Origin: Leucoraja erinacea
Taxonomy: Eukaryota
DNA length: 64,000 nt
Reading direction: 5' to 3'
Assembly: GCF_028641065.1 (NCBI RefSeq)
Contig: NC_073404.1
Location: forward strand, 20,398,001-20,462,000
The stretch's first letter is position 1; each line of letters opens with the position of its first letter. Both the position numbers and the translations under genes were made by a program. Of the stretch, positions 37,956-50,560 are shown one piece after another. The notes beneath the pieces were generated by a model. It did no database searches and was not told the origin of the DNA. It was given only the letters and a program-made list of their open reading frames with translations.

Positions 37956-38054
37956 TTAGCTCTCAGTTACTGGCTGAGTTACAGCATTCTGTCCTGTGCA
38001 AACCCTCTTCAGTGGTGGTGCACCAGAATATTCATCATCCTCCTCTTCCACAAC
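37956..38054 (-). CDS. BCL7B: BCL7B exon 6, terminal (VVEEEDDEYSGAPPLKRVCTGQNAVTQPVTES*)
   Basis: GAPPLKR motif, C-terminal ES*, tag| acceptor. Confidence 0.94.
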   Translation of the reverse strand, partial: VVEEEDDEYSGAPPLKRVCTGQNAVTQPVTES

Positions 38055-38405
38055 CTATTGCCAAAAATAGAAGTTGAAGAAAAAAACTCAAAAAGGGTTT
38101 GGGAATCGTTTATACATTACAATTATATGATATAAAAATCATAATTCAGATCGAAACACAAATGGAAATAAAACTTCATCCATAAACAGGCTCGGGTGTA
38201 CTGCCTTTCCATAATCCTGAAGTTCCTGAAGATGAACCTCATCTTCAGCTGTATGATATTAACAACTTTGTATTATAAACATAACTATTATTTAGCCTTT
38301 CTGCAAAATTAATGATACTTAATGCAAATGAATATTCACTTTAATTGCATCAAGCTGAACCTTCCCTACACGTGTACCCATGCACACAGTGTATTCGTAG
38401 CTTAC

Positions 38406-38485
38406 CTGAGGCTGCAATGGAACCAGTTCTTCTTTTGTGAGCATTGGGGGATCATCTCCTACTTCTGAGGAAGGAAGGGAAGGTT
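38406..38485 (-). CDS. BCL7B: BCL7B exon 5 (EPSLPSSEVGDDPPMLTKEELVPLQPQ)
   Basis: 80 nt; cag| and |gtaagc. Confidence 0.95.
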
Positions 38486-39581
38486 CTGTGAGAGAGAATT
38501 AAGAAATTATAACTGTTTTAACCACACTGTCCACTTGCTGCATAAAAATAAAATAGTAGAGCCATTAACAGGAGCAAGGGAACAGTGCAACTTGAGCAAA
38601 ACAACACAAAATTAGAACTGCAAATTGCCTTCAAAGTAGCTTTTTTACTAATATTTCATCAATAAATTGAAAACATTTTAATAAATAAAAACTATGCTTG
38701 CCTGGAGAATTACTGTATCCTTGTTTTGACAGAGGATGTCAATTCCAATGAGTTCTACTTTTGCATGCAAAATGCACATTCCACAATCTGCTCAAAATCT
38801 GTCTGCAGAATGCACAATCCAAAACCATGTGCACCTCAACTCTGTGCAGAGGAATCAGGGACATGTCATAACTTGTGTATTTGGCCAGCAATTAATTGCT
38901 TCCTTTGTGAAGTCTGCCGAGAATAATCAAGACTGAGCTCCACAACGTTGTATTTCTTTGTTCATACACTGGTAGTGAAGTACAATTCCTGGTGTTACTC
39001 TCAATGGGATTCGTTTCATTTTTGAGGTAATGATTGATCCAGACATTTTATAAAGATAAAATAAACTCATCTGAGCTACATGGTTTTCAGGATTAAATGG
39101 TCACCCTGGAGATAAGTGACCCACACATTTGTTTCTGGCAAGGTACTTTTAAACCTGCACTGAGCCCCATTCTTGTTCATACATCTTATTAGTATCTAAC
39201 CCAGTCCTCCCACAACAAGATGGACAGCTTGTGGTTGCACAGTCTTTAAACTACATCACACAATTGATTAGGCAATATAGTCATTAGGCAACTGTGGCAG
39301 CCTCTTTTCACACAGCAAGATGCCACGAAGAACAGTAACATCCCATTTACTCCTTTGTCAGCTGAAAGAACAATATTGATCAGAACACCAGGAGAACTTT
39401 ATGCTCTATTTACACCCAAGGGTACTAGAACAGAGGATTATCCAAATATATGCACTTCACAATTTAGTACTCTCAAACAACTGTTCTAAAGTGTCTCATC
39501 ATTCTAAATGCCCAATTAATAGTTTGATAGTTCATCCTTATTATAATTAACAAGAACAATAGTTCCCAATGCTCTTCATAC

Positions 39582-39752
39582 CTTCCATTATTTCCTGCCC
39601 AAGCATGGGAGGCTGAGAGTCATCTGCTTTAAAATCAGACAGAAGTGTTGGGCTGACAGGCTCACTTTGCTCTGGGCTTGGGCTCGAATTTGTACTGCTG
39701 TCCACTTTTACCTGGTAAGCATCCGACAGGGAACTCTGATTACTAGTCTCAT
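39582..39752 (-). CDS. BCL7B: BCL7B exon 4 (DETSNQSSLSDAYQVKVDSSTNSSPSP...GQEIME)
   Basis: 171 nt; tttcag| and G|gtatga. Confidence 0.95.
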
Positions 39753-40954
39753 CTGAAAAATTAGGAAGGAAAGACATTAAAATCAAATGGAAATGATCAT
39801 AGGCAGTAAAACAATCCAACAATACAATGTTTCCCGATTAGCTTCAACAACAAATACTTCAATATCATTCTCTAGTTTCTCACCCTACTCCACGGAGAAC
39901 TAACATCTGCTTGGATATGGGCCCAAGCTGCTCCACTGATTTCAGCATAGATTTAGAGAGCAAATACCAACAATTTAACTTTGTAAGGATTTAGAGGGGA
40001 CACAAATTCTATTTCCTCTGAATCAAACTATATCCTTCAATAGCCTGAAAACAGAAATCTCAGGACACTGGGAAAACCCTGCCTTGCTCTGTTGAATAGC
40101 GCCTGCCTTGCTCTGTTGAATTCTGTTCTTATTGAATGGTACCGTGAGAAACCTCATCTTTCCACTAAGGGGACTAAAATTTAGAGATACATTCGTAAAC
40201 ATGGATCGGCAGTAAACATGTAAGCAGCCCAGAAGTTAATGCGACGTAGACAACATTATTTAACACTCAAAGTTATTTTTTTCCTAATTGTGAGGAGTGG
40301 TCATGGAAATGAGGATGGTGCAGATGAATCTGGTCTGTTGTAGCACTCAAGAACGTTTCTTTTACATGACCAAATACAGCAGTTTGCCTTGACGTCACTT
40401 ATATTATCTAGTTAGGCACAAAAAAACCTTTTGGTTCAATCCAAGGTCAGTGTCATTCCACTGATTTACTGAGTCCCAAAAAGTTGCAAAAAACAGAGAA
40501 TTGAATTAGAAATTAATAACAAAGGTAATTGCACCTGCCGGCTCAGAGACACTCATCCTACATTTCTGGTTATTTATACAAATTGTCTATTAATTCCAAG
40601 CTTCTCTATCATTTTGATCCCGAAACAGGCAGCAAACGTGCTACCAATGCAAGAGTTATTCATGCTTCGATCTTTCACTGCAATGGCATGGCCTTGCTTT
40701 CCAAGAGAGTGGACTCTCAAGAAGTTCAAGTAACTGAGACCAGAGCATCTTGTGTATTGCATTCCGCCACATTTAACAAGGCCTGTAACACTGCAGCTAC
40801 TATATATGTGTAGGAAAGAACTGTAGATGCTGGTTTAAATTGAGGGTAAACACACAATGCTGGAGTATCTCAACGGGACAGGCTGAAGAATGGTCTCAAC
40901 CCAAAACGTCACCCATTCCTTCTCCCCAGAGATGCTGCCTGTCCTGCTGAGTTA

Positions 40955-41263
40955 TGGGGCTGTCCCACTGTACGAGCTAATTCAACAGTTTCCCCAGATT
41001 GGAACTCGGAGAATTACGGTAATAGCCGCTCGTATGCACTCGGGGCTCTTGTGGACATTTTTCAACATGTTGAAAAACTTCTTGAGTCTTTCCGAGCTTA
41101 CCACGTTTCCCGAGTACCTGCCGTTAGCGTTACGAGCCATTAAGAGATGTCCCGAGCTCCGGCGTACCCGCTCTGTACATTCTACGTACTTACCACGAGT
41201 TTGATTTTTTTTTTTTTAACTCTGGAGAGCTCTTGAATTAGCTCGTGCAGTGAGACAGCCCCT
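40955..41263. mobile_element. PIF/Harbinger-type MITE
   Basis: TIRs GGGGCTGTCCCACTGTACGAGCTAATTCA / TGAATTAGCTCGTGCAGTGAGACAGCCCC; TTA duplicated on both sides. Confidence 0.82.
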
Positions 41264-41285
41264 TTATTCCAGCATTTTGAAACTA

Positions 41286-42390
41286 CAGGTGCACAACCTT
41301 TTAGCCGGAGTTCCGGAAACCGAAAAGCTCCGAAAACCGGACATTTTTTCCAGGATGTCGTCTGCACACCAAAGCTCGCGTTTGGCGCCAAACTTGACCT
41401 GAAACGACCCACGGTCAACCCAGGTCTGTACTACTGTAGCGGCTGCCTCCTCCCCGGACACTTAAACATCTGTAAATCATTGCTTAAATGTTAGTTAGTT
41501 AGTTTGGAGGGCTTTTATATGGGGGGGGGGGGGGGGGGGGGGAAGGGGTGGCTTAGTCCCCCACCTGGTCGGAGAGGCGGGGAGCAGGCAATGCCTTACC
41601 GGGTCGCCGTGCAGTAAGCTCCGGAGCGCTGTGGCCGCCAACTCCCAACATCGCGGAGCTGGGGGCTGCGGGCGTCCGGCCGCGGGCGGCGCGGTTGTAG
41701 CTCCGCCCCCGGCAACTCTACCCCTGGCTGCGCGGCGCTCCAAATCCAGCGCCGCTCGCGGCCGGACGCTCGCGCCCGAAGCCCGAGCTCCGCGATGTTG
41801 TGTGTCGGCGGCCACAGCGCTCTGGAGCTTACCGCACGGCAACCCGGTAAGGCATTGCCCGCTCCCCGCTGGTATCCCAGCGCTGCAACGCCGCCGACTC
41901 CCAACATCGCGGAGCTGGGGCTGCGGGCGTCCGGCCGCGGGCGGCGCTGGATTTGGAGCGCCGCGCAGCCAGGGGTAGAGTTGCCAGGGTCGGAGCTCCA
42001 ACCGGCGCCGCCCGCGGCCGGACGCCCGCAGCCCCAGCTCCGCGATGTTGGGAGTCGGCGGCCACAGCACTCCGGAGCTTACTGCACGGCGACCCGGTAA
42101 GGCATTGCCCACTCCCCGCCTCTCCGACCAGGTAGGGGACTAAGAATTAAAGTTTCCCCCTTCACCCCCCCCACCACATAAAATCCCTCCAAACTAACTG
42201 ACTAACATTTAAGCAATGATTTACAATGATTCCCCGGTCTCTGGGGAGGAGGAAGCCGCTCCAGACTTTTCAAGCCACCCGCGCTACCTACCTAATCTAC
42301 GCTAAAAATCTTCCATTCGGAAATCCGAAAAATTCCGAAATCCGAGAAGTGTCTGGTCCCAATGCTTTCGGATAAAAGGTTGTGCACCTG
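41286..42390. mobile_element. Second copy of the same Tc1/mariner-type element, opposite orientation, in BCL7B intron 3
   Basis: Same TIRs and TA duplication; shared subterminal and internal modules. Confidence 0.88.
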
Positions 42391-42853
42391 TACTATATAT
42401 GTAGGAAGAACAACATGGGAATGCCCCAACATAGCAAGCACATGAAATAGCTTCACAGATTACACGGTTTCACAATTCTTCACCAATTGGCATTAGCACC
42501 CAAAAACTGATTAAAAGCTCAAATCTCATATGACAAGAAAGGACATCTAATAATATACATTTTTGAGCTACTATATGGTGGGGGTGAATGAGCATGAAAA
42601 TTCTTAACTGGTGTAATAGTTTCTTTCAGGTGAAGATACCCAATATCTACACTAGGTCTAGCATCACATTGCTACACAAGTCAATACAAAGCTATCAAAA
42701 ATGATTTTGCACAAATTATTATTAAAAAAAATATTCTTTCCACTTCAACTGACAACAAATCCAATTTCTCAAATATTAGCATTCCTCAAGTAGAGCAAAT
42801 TACCTCCATATAATCCTTAGAGCACCATAAAAAAAAGTTTGAAATGCACTCAC

Positions 42854-42968
42854 CATTTAGCTCCAGAAGAATAGGAGAGGAACTGTTGTCAGATACAGGC
42901 TGCAATGGGAAGCCTTTATCTCCCTTTGTCCCTTTTGATTCAAGATTGCCCTTTGATTTTGATTTCTC
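42854..42968 (-). CDS. BCL7B: BCL7B exon 3 (EKSKSKGNLESKGTKGDKGFPLQPVSDNSSSPILLELN)
   Basis: EKSKS...GFP...LLE as in human exon 3; ttag| and G|gtgagt; phase compatible. Confidence 0.9.
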
Positions 42969-44009
42969 CTAAATCAAACGGAAAGGATGCAACAAGGGAA
43001 AAGAAACACGAGCAATGCACTTTATTATTCCTCTCATCTTTTCCCCCCCATTGAAACCCATCACAATCATTTCACCCGGAAGGTTGGCAACAAGTGATTT
43101 TTTGGCTTTTTAAACTGCATTCAGTGAAAAGAAGGTGCTTTGAAAATTGATAAAAATGATTCCAACTCGAATACTTACATTGTCTTGATGCACTCCCTCA
43201 CCCACAATCCCACCGCATCAAAGCTTTACATGCCATCAGTTCCCAAAATTGTTTGCTAATGTGCTATCAACTAACTTCACAAATGAATGAATTCTGAGGT
43301 GAGAATACAATTCTGTTTCAATTAAAATGCAATACAGACAGCGAAAGTTGCACAAACAAATGGTGTCTGGACTAGCTCAACAAAAGGAACAGTTGAGATA
43401 AATTTTAGAATTCCTTCCCAATAAAAACGTAAGAAATTCAAGCAATTACAACCACTTTCTCCTCTAGTTTGCATTCGTATGGGCTTTATACAGAAAAAAA
43501 CCCTTCCAAATCACACAACAAAAACTTTTTAAAGCAATAATTGTTTCAACAGAGATATAAAACCAAGACATGTTTCTAAAATATGGTTGTAAAAACTTTT
43601 TAAAAGACAAGAACCTGAGAAGGAATTCCAGGATCTCAAGATATGGATGGTGAAAGACACAATCACCAGTGGCCGAATGAAACAAGTGGAACTTGCAGTG
43701 GAAGACAAGTATCGAAGAGATTGGAAGGATGCACAGTTGACAAAGGGGTGGTCACTGATGCAGTGTTGTTTCTTATCAGTATTTTTTTAATGGGGCGAAA
43801 AAAGTCTATGTAGCCTCCGTACAGTAATCAGACACCACAGTTCCTCAAGAACACAGCTGCTACTTTAACTGCAGGTGCCCATTCAAATTGGCAAGTGATT
43901 GCTTCTATTGACATGTACAAAGATACTCTATTAAGCAATCTAAGCTAATATCAATTAAAACAGTACAGACAAATTGACAACACTGACGAACATTAACCAG
44001 TGCACTTAC

Positions 44010-44039
44010 CAACTGAGTCATTCGGGGAGCTCGGACATC
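44010..44039 (-). CDS. BCL7B: Candidate BCL7B 30-nt cassette microexon (DVRAPRMTQL)
   Basis: Branch-like CTTGAC, long pyrimidine tract, aag| acceptor, TTG|gtaagt donor, phase 0-0 and no stop; no homology support. Confidence 0.5.
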
Positions 44040-44389
44040 CTTTTGAAAAGAGAAATGGAAAAATAGGAGTCAAGGATAGTGATAAGTGTTTCTCAATTCC
44101 TGTAGAGCAAATATATCAGACTTTGATCAGTTATTAAGACCAAGAGCAGAAGGAAATTGAATAATAACAAAAGGCCATGTCGGAAAGCAGAGATACTCTC
44201 ATGCCAAGTTTCCAATGATTTTACTGAAGGATGCCCCTAGGCACTTTTAGAAAGGTATGAGGAATAGTGTTGTGGAATTAACCCGGCAGGAAATTAATTG
44301 ATATGTCCAAACCAGTTTATTACATAGCCTTAATACAGAGAGCATATTGACTGGTTGGATCACGGTTGGTTCAATAACTCAAACGCCCA

Positions 44390-44860
44390 GGAACGAAGAA
44401 TTGCAAAAAATAGTGAACACTGGCTGCTCAGTCTATCACATGTATTGACTTCCCCACCATTGAAGGGATCTACAGGAGTCGCTGTCTCAGAAAGACACAC
44501 GTCTCATCATCACAGACCCACACCACCCTGACCACACTCTCATTTCACTCCGGCCATTGGGAATAAAGTATAGGGGCCAGAAAACTGTAAGTTCAGGTTG
44601 AGCAGTGGCTTCTTCCCAACATCCATATGGTTGTAAAATATGGTTGTAAAACGACAATCTCCAACTAAGCTCCCAACCTCATAGACTTGGAGACATTGTT
44701 CTTATCTTTGCACTATTATTGTTTGTGTTTTTACATATTTAACTTTTTTGATGTGTATTATGGTGTTTACAGAGTACAATGCTTACATATGTTGTGCTGC
44801 TGCAAGTAAGAATATTATTATTATGTTTCTGGACATATGACAATTAAACACTCTTGATAT
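44390..44860 (+). mobile_element. Rex1/Babar-like LINE 3' fragment
   Basis: DPHHPDHTLISLRPLGIKYR...RLSSGFFPTSI remnant resembles the Rex1-type ORF C-terminus. Confidence 0.6.
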
Positions 44861-44892
44861 TTTAATTTTTACAACAATTAAATGAATGACTA

Positions 44893-45021
<129 letters not shown>

Positions 45022-46174
45022 TTATAGTATATGTGGTCAATTTATATACATGCTGGATTTCAATAAGTTCCAAACCACATAGAAAAAAAATCCAAAATAG
45101 CAAAAAAGCCAACCTAGACAACAATAAATACAAAATAACATCAAGAAATCAGAATTCCCAACATAAATTTCCAAAACAAAATGATAGAATTTGCCACATG
45201 TAATAAAAATTGGAAGAATTTTTACACAGTTCTTGCTTTGTATATATTTTTTATTCTAACTAAAGTTTATTTTCGGAAATAAAAAAAATAAAACGTATGG
45301 AGAACAAAGCTGGGATTGGCATAGGATTTATGATAAACAGGTGCTTTATGCTTGGCATGGATGGTGGGCTAAAGGGCCTGTTTCCATGTTGTATGATCTA
45401 TAACACGGAGTGCAGTCACCATCAATATAATCTCACAGCCCACTTTCTGGATACCACATAGATTAAGCAAGAGTAACACATCTCATGAAATGCTGACAAC
45501 GTTGGCACAGACATCTCAGCAGTTAATGTGGGAGAGAAATCAGCGCTGCAAGTTTTTGGCAACCTTCTCAACAACACTTCGAGATCAGGTGCTCTTGAAT
45601 TTATAATTCTCTACCCTATGATGCCATCATGTCTCACAGCCACCAAAAACCTTGTAAGCAGTCCAAGAACTTCAACTGTGCGCCGAGGCAATGCACCACC
45701 ATCTCTTCTTATGCAATGGTCAAGAAGCACATTCCTGCAGGTTGATCGCTGTACAGAATACAACCATTACACAGGATACCCACATTACACGGAGGGGGGG
45801 GGACTGAGGATAGAGCGCGGTGATTGGAGAATGAGACGTCCTGGCGGAGCAAAGATCATCAAGGGGAGCTTGAATCGGCCGTCCGCGCGGCTCGGCTGGC
45901 CATGGGATCTTCCACCGCCAGATTGCTGTGTCAAGGCGATCGAGGCTCCCGATATTGAAGCCCCCGCGAACGGGACGATTTAAGCCCCACGATTCGGGGT
46001 GAACAAAGCTGCTGTCGCTGGAGTTTGGAGTCGGTCACCAACCAGGTCAACTCCCGGTGTTACCGTCCACAGGGCCCATGGCCGAAGCCTCGCGTGTGCA
46101 CATGCACATGCGCTCGTGGCCGCCGAGCAATTGTGTGTCCCCCCCATGTTGTTATAGCGATTTCTGTGCCTGGT

Positions 46175-47268
46175 AAGGTGTGAAAACGACCAAGCAAAGC
46201 AGAGGATGGTCAAGGAAATGTAGAATGGTTCATTGACCACCAGGGGCGCTGGGGAGATGGCAGCCCTGCCGGCAGTCTGTTCGTTTTTTCTTTCTATTTG
46301 TTATTTTTTAGTTTGTTAAAAGTTGGTTTTAATGTTCTTCGGTTTGTTTAATGTGGGCAGGATGGGGAATGGGGGGAAATCGGGGGAAACTTTTTTCAAG
46401 TTCTTACCTTCCCGGAGATGTGATCAATTTTCGGATCACATTCTCCGGGTTCTGCGGCCTACCATCGCTGGAGCTGGGAACCGCCTCGGACTATCGTGTG
46501 CCCCACCACGGGCGCGGACTTAACATCGGAGCGGATCCCTTGCCTGGAATCTCTCCCACCGAGACCACCGTGGACTTACCATCAAGGGCTTGCGGTCTCG
46601 GGAGAGGTTAGTCGGGAGCTCCAACGCTGCGGAAGGCTCGACCAGCCCCGACGCGAGGTTTGATCGCCCGGCACGGGGCTGACATTCCCCCGATGCAGGA
46701 GCTGAACGCCTCGGTGCGGAGGGCCTGAACGCCACGGGCTACGGGAGTCAAGACCATCCCGTCAACGGAGGGCTTGAGGCCCCCGACCGAGGAAGAACAT
46801 AAGGAAGGACTTGAACTTTATTTCGCCGTCCATCACAGTGAGGAATGTGTAGGAGTCACTGTGGTGGATGTTCATGTTAAAATGTGTTTTTGAGTGATTT
46901 GTTGCTTTTAATTGTATGACTGACCTGGCCAATGAAATTCCTCGTATGTTGTAAAACAGACTTGGTATAAAGTGTGATTCTGATTCTGTTTCTGATTGTT
47001 AGCTGAGGGGATGATGCAAACGAGGCTTACAATCAGTAAAAATGTAATCAGGTGGACAGTGAATCTAGTCGGAGAACTAGGATGGGAGAGGAAGGGAGAG
47101 AGAGGGCTACTTGAAGCTGCCCAAGCGAATTATAAGGCGCTTTACATTGGACCTCAGCCTGACAGTTTTAGGAGGCCCAGGACAGAAAGGTGAGTATGGG
47201 AATTGGAGGGGGAGTTAAAGTGTTTAGCAAGCGGGAGATCGCGTAGACATGGGCAGACTGAGCCGCAG
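46175..47268 (-). mobile_element. Penelope-like element remnant (GIY-YIG endonuclease C-terminal region plus 3' flank), interrupted
   Basis: Minus-strand translation of 47262-47110: LRDLPLAKHFNSPSNSHTHLSVLGLL / CQAEVQCK / RLIIRLGS, resembling the Penelope ORF C-terminus; frameshifted. Confidence 0.75.
46236..46994 (+). mobile_element. ~0.75 kb non-autonomous retroelement, copy 3, inserted in a Penelope remnant
   Basis: Same family; splits the host sequence GGTTCATTG/TTAGCTGAGG (intact at 49801) with an ATTG duplication. Confidence 0.82.
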
Positions 47269-47269
47269 G

Positions 47270-47770
<501 letters not shown>

Positions 47771-48519
47771 TTGACATATTACAAGAAATGCCTGATTGAT
47801 TTGCACCGAGTTTATACTTATGCAACAACTGCTCGCTAATACATGGCTTACACAAGCTTTGCACAAACATGGAAATAGGTGGGAACCAGATAGTGGAGAG
47901 ATTAGGAAATGTTGGTCGGAAACTTCTTGCAATTCTTAGCATCATGCTAATATTGTTCATATACTTAATAAAACGTGATTAGCCACATTAAAAAAAATCT
48001 ATCAAGTAAATGTTAAACAAGACAATTGGCCAAATATTTTAACATGTTTATCATGATAGATACCGCTGGAAATATGCTTTTATTTCGCATGTTTTAATAC
48101 GGGATGTTAACACATTTCATATTGCAAAATATTTACGAATATAAATATGATGATGTTTCAAAATCAATCATCAGGTGATTGATCAGCATGTCTATTCTCC
48201 ATCTTTATAACCTGACACGTTTGCCAAGTAAGTTTGAGAAAGTTCACATGTGATTCCCCGGGATCGAACGTGTAAGAAGAAACTGCATATGGCGGTTTAA
48301 ACCAAAGATAGACACAAAAAACTGGAGTAACTCAGCGGGACAGGCTAGCATCTCTGGAGAAAAGGAATTGGTGACGTTTTGGATCGAGGCACTTCTTCAG
48401 ACTCATTCCTTCTCTCCAGAGATGCTGCCTGTCCCGCTGAGTTACTCCAGCTTTTTGTGTCTACCCTCAGGATCGAAGATGACTTGCTTTCAATCCAGAC
48501 TCTGGGTTCTGACTGGAGG

Positions 48520-49005
48520 CAATAGGAGTAGGCCATTTGGCCCTTAGAGCCAGCACCGCCATTCAATGTGATCATGGCTAATCATCCACAATCAGTACTC
48601 CATTCCTGCCTTCTCCCCATATCCCCTGACTCTGCTATCTTTATGAGCCCTATCAAGCTCTCTCTTGAAAGTATCCAGAGAACCGGCCTCCACCTCCCTC
48701 TGAGGCAGAAAATTCCACAGACTCACAACTCTGTGTGTGAAAAAGTGTTTCCTCATCTCTGTTCTAAATGCCTTATCCCTTATTCTTAAACTGTGGCCCC
48801 TGGTTCTGGACTCCCCCAACATTATCCCTTGGTTTCCTGCCTCTAGCGTGTCCAAGCCCTTAATAATCTTATATGTTTCAATAAGATCCCCTCTCATCCT
48901 AAATTCCAGAGTATACAAGCCCAGCCGCTCCATTCTCTCAGCCCCGCCACCCTGGGAATTAACCTTGTGAACCTACACTCCCTCAATAGCAAGAATGTCC
49001 TTCCT
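48520..49005 (-). mobile_element. CR1-clade LINE 3' fragment between BCL7B and DNAJC30
   Basis: ORF ERLGLYTLEFRMRGDLIETYKIIKGLD...RTRGHSLRI...FFTHRVVSLWNFLP is the CR1 ORF2 C-terminus. Confidence 0.88.
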
Positions 49006-49999
49006 TGTCAATGAGGTTGATGTGGGACAATAAGAATATCCTTGATGGGACTGAAGGTCTAGTGGTACAGCAGATATGTCTGCTGCTTAACAGCTCCAGC
49101 AAGTTTGCTGCTGATCTTGGGTGTTTTTATGTGGAGTTGGCATGACATCCCAAAGATGTGGTACTAAGTTAATTAGCAACTGTGAATTATCCCTTGGTGA
49201 ATGTCAATGCCAGAAACAAATAAAGGAGAGCTGATGGCCGTGTAAAAATAATATTTTGCAGAAATACAAAGAAATAAGGAGGAATGCGGTGTTGCGACTA
49301 TTTCCCTGGAAACTGGCAGATATTGCTGGGCATGCGTTAACTCGTTAACATCCAGCCCACAGCCACCAATGGGCTGTTTCCTTGATCACCGTTACTTTTT
49401 TGCCTATCTTTCATTCATTGGTTCTATATCTCTCTATATCACCGTCTATATCTCTCATTTCCCTTTCCCGTCTCTCAATCTGAAGAAGGGTCTTGACCAC
49501 AAACATTGCCTATTCTTTTTCTCCAGAGATGCTGCCTGACCCGCTGAGTTGCTCCAGTTTCTGCAGTTTGACAATTGTTTAGGAAGGAACTGCAGTTGCT
49601 GGTTTATACCAAAGATAGACACAAAATGCTGAAGTAACTCAGCGGGACAGGCAGCATCTCCCAGAGAGAAGGAATGGGTGGCGTGTCAGGTCGAGACCCT
49701 TCTTCAGAGTGAGAGTCAGGGGAAAGGGAAACTAGAGAGATAAACGGGGTGGGTGTGAAAACGGCAGATCAAAGCAGACGATGCTAAGGAGATGTAGAAT
49801 GGTTCATTGTTAGCTGAGGGAAGGTGACAAGGGGACATACAATCAGTAAAATTAATCAGAAAGACAGTGAACTAGTCGGGGAACTGAATCTGAAGAAACG
49901 TCACCTATTCCTTTTCTCCAAAGATGCTGCCTGACCCGCTGAGTGAGTTACTCCAGCATTTTGGTGCCCAAGTCAGTGCAGTTTGACAATTGTTTCTTG

Positions 50000-50560
50000 G
50001 TCGGTTGAGCTGTCACTCGGAATAATGTGGGCGGAACTGAGTGAAGATTTTCACGCGCATTTGTTAGTACTGTACATACGTGTTCATGAGGCGCTGTCTT
50101 CGATGGGCGGTAGATTCAGGCGGGTATCAGTCGGGATGAGGTTCCGCCCCGCTGATGTGGGCCGGACAAGATGGCGCTGGTGTGTGCCGGCCAGAGTGTA
50201 CTGATGTACCGTGGCCGGGACATGGGGGACCGGACAAAGAAAGTTATCGTTGGCAGCAGCAGCCTGAGGTGCGGCCGGGGTCCGGGGAATAACCCGGGAT
50301 CCACGGCAGCAATTGTTCGGCAAAGGTCATTTGGCCGTTCGGGAACCAACGGCCGGCGAGCACCGCCGGGTGGGCGCAGTGTGGGGGGCGCGCCTTCATC
50401 TTGCCCTCTTGCAGTGAGTCTGGTGCAGTGTGTCCAGAGAAGGGCGATGTCCGCAAAGTTGGCGCCGTTGCTGCCACTGTTACCTGTCAGAAACAGTGCC
50501 AGATGGGGACCGGCAAAAGCTGGTGGCCGCAAAGTGGAATTCCTCTCCGAAATCCTCGCT
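50000..50560. promoter_or_regulatory. CpG island / DNAJC30 promoter; GC boxes and a YY1-like CAAGATGGCG overlapping the first ATG
   Basis: CpG-rich; GGGCGG near 50029, CCGCCCC near 50144, AAGATGGCG at 50168-50176. Confidence 0.65.

Noticed and set aside
46238-46250. CTCF-like CCACCAGGGGCGC at the 5' end of the 0.7 kb repeat family
   Set aside because: One G short of the CTCF core spacing
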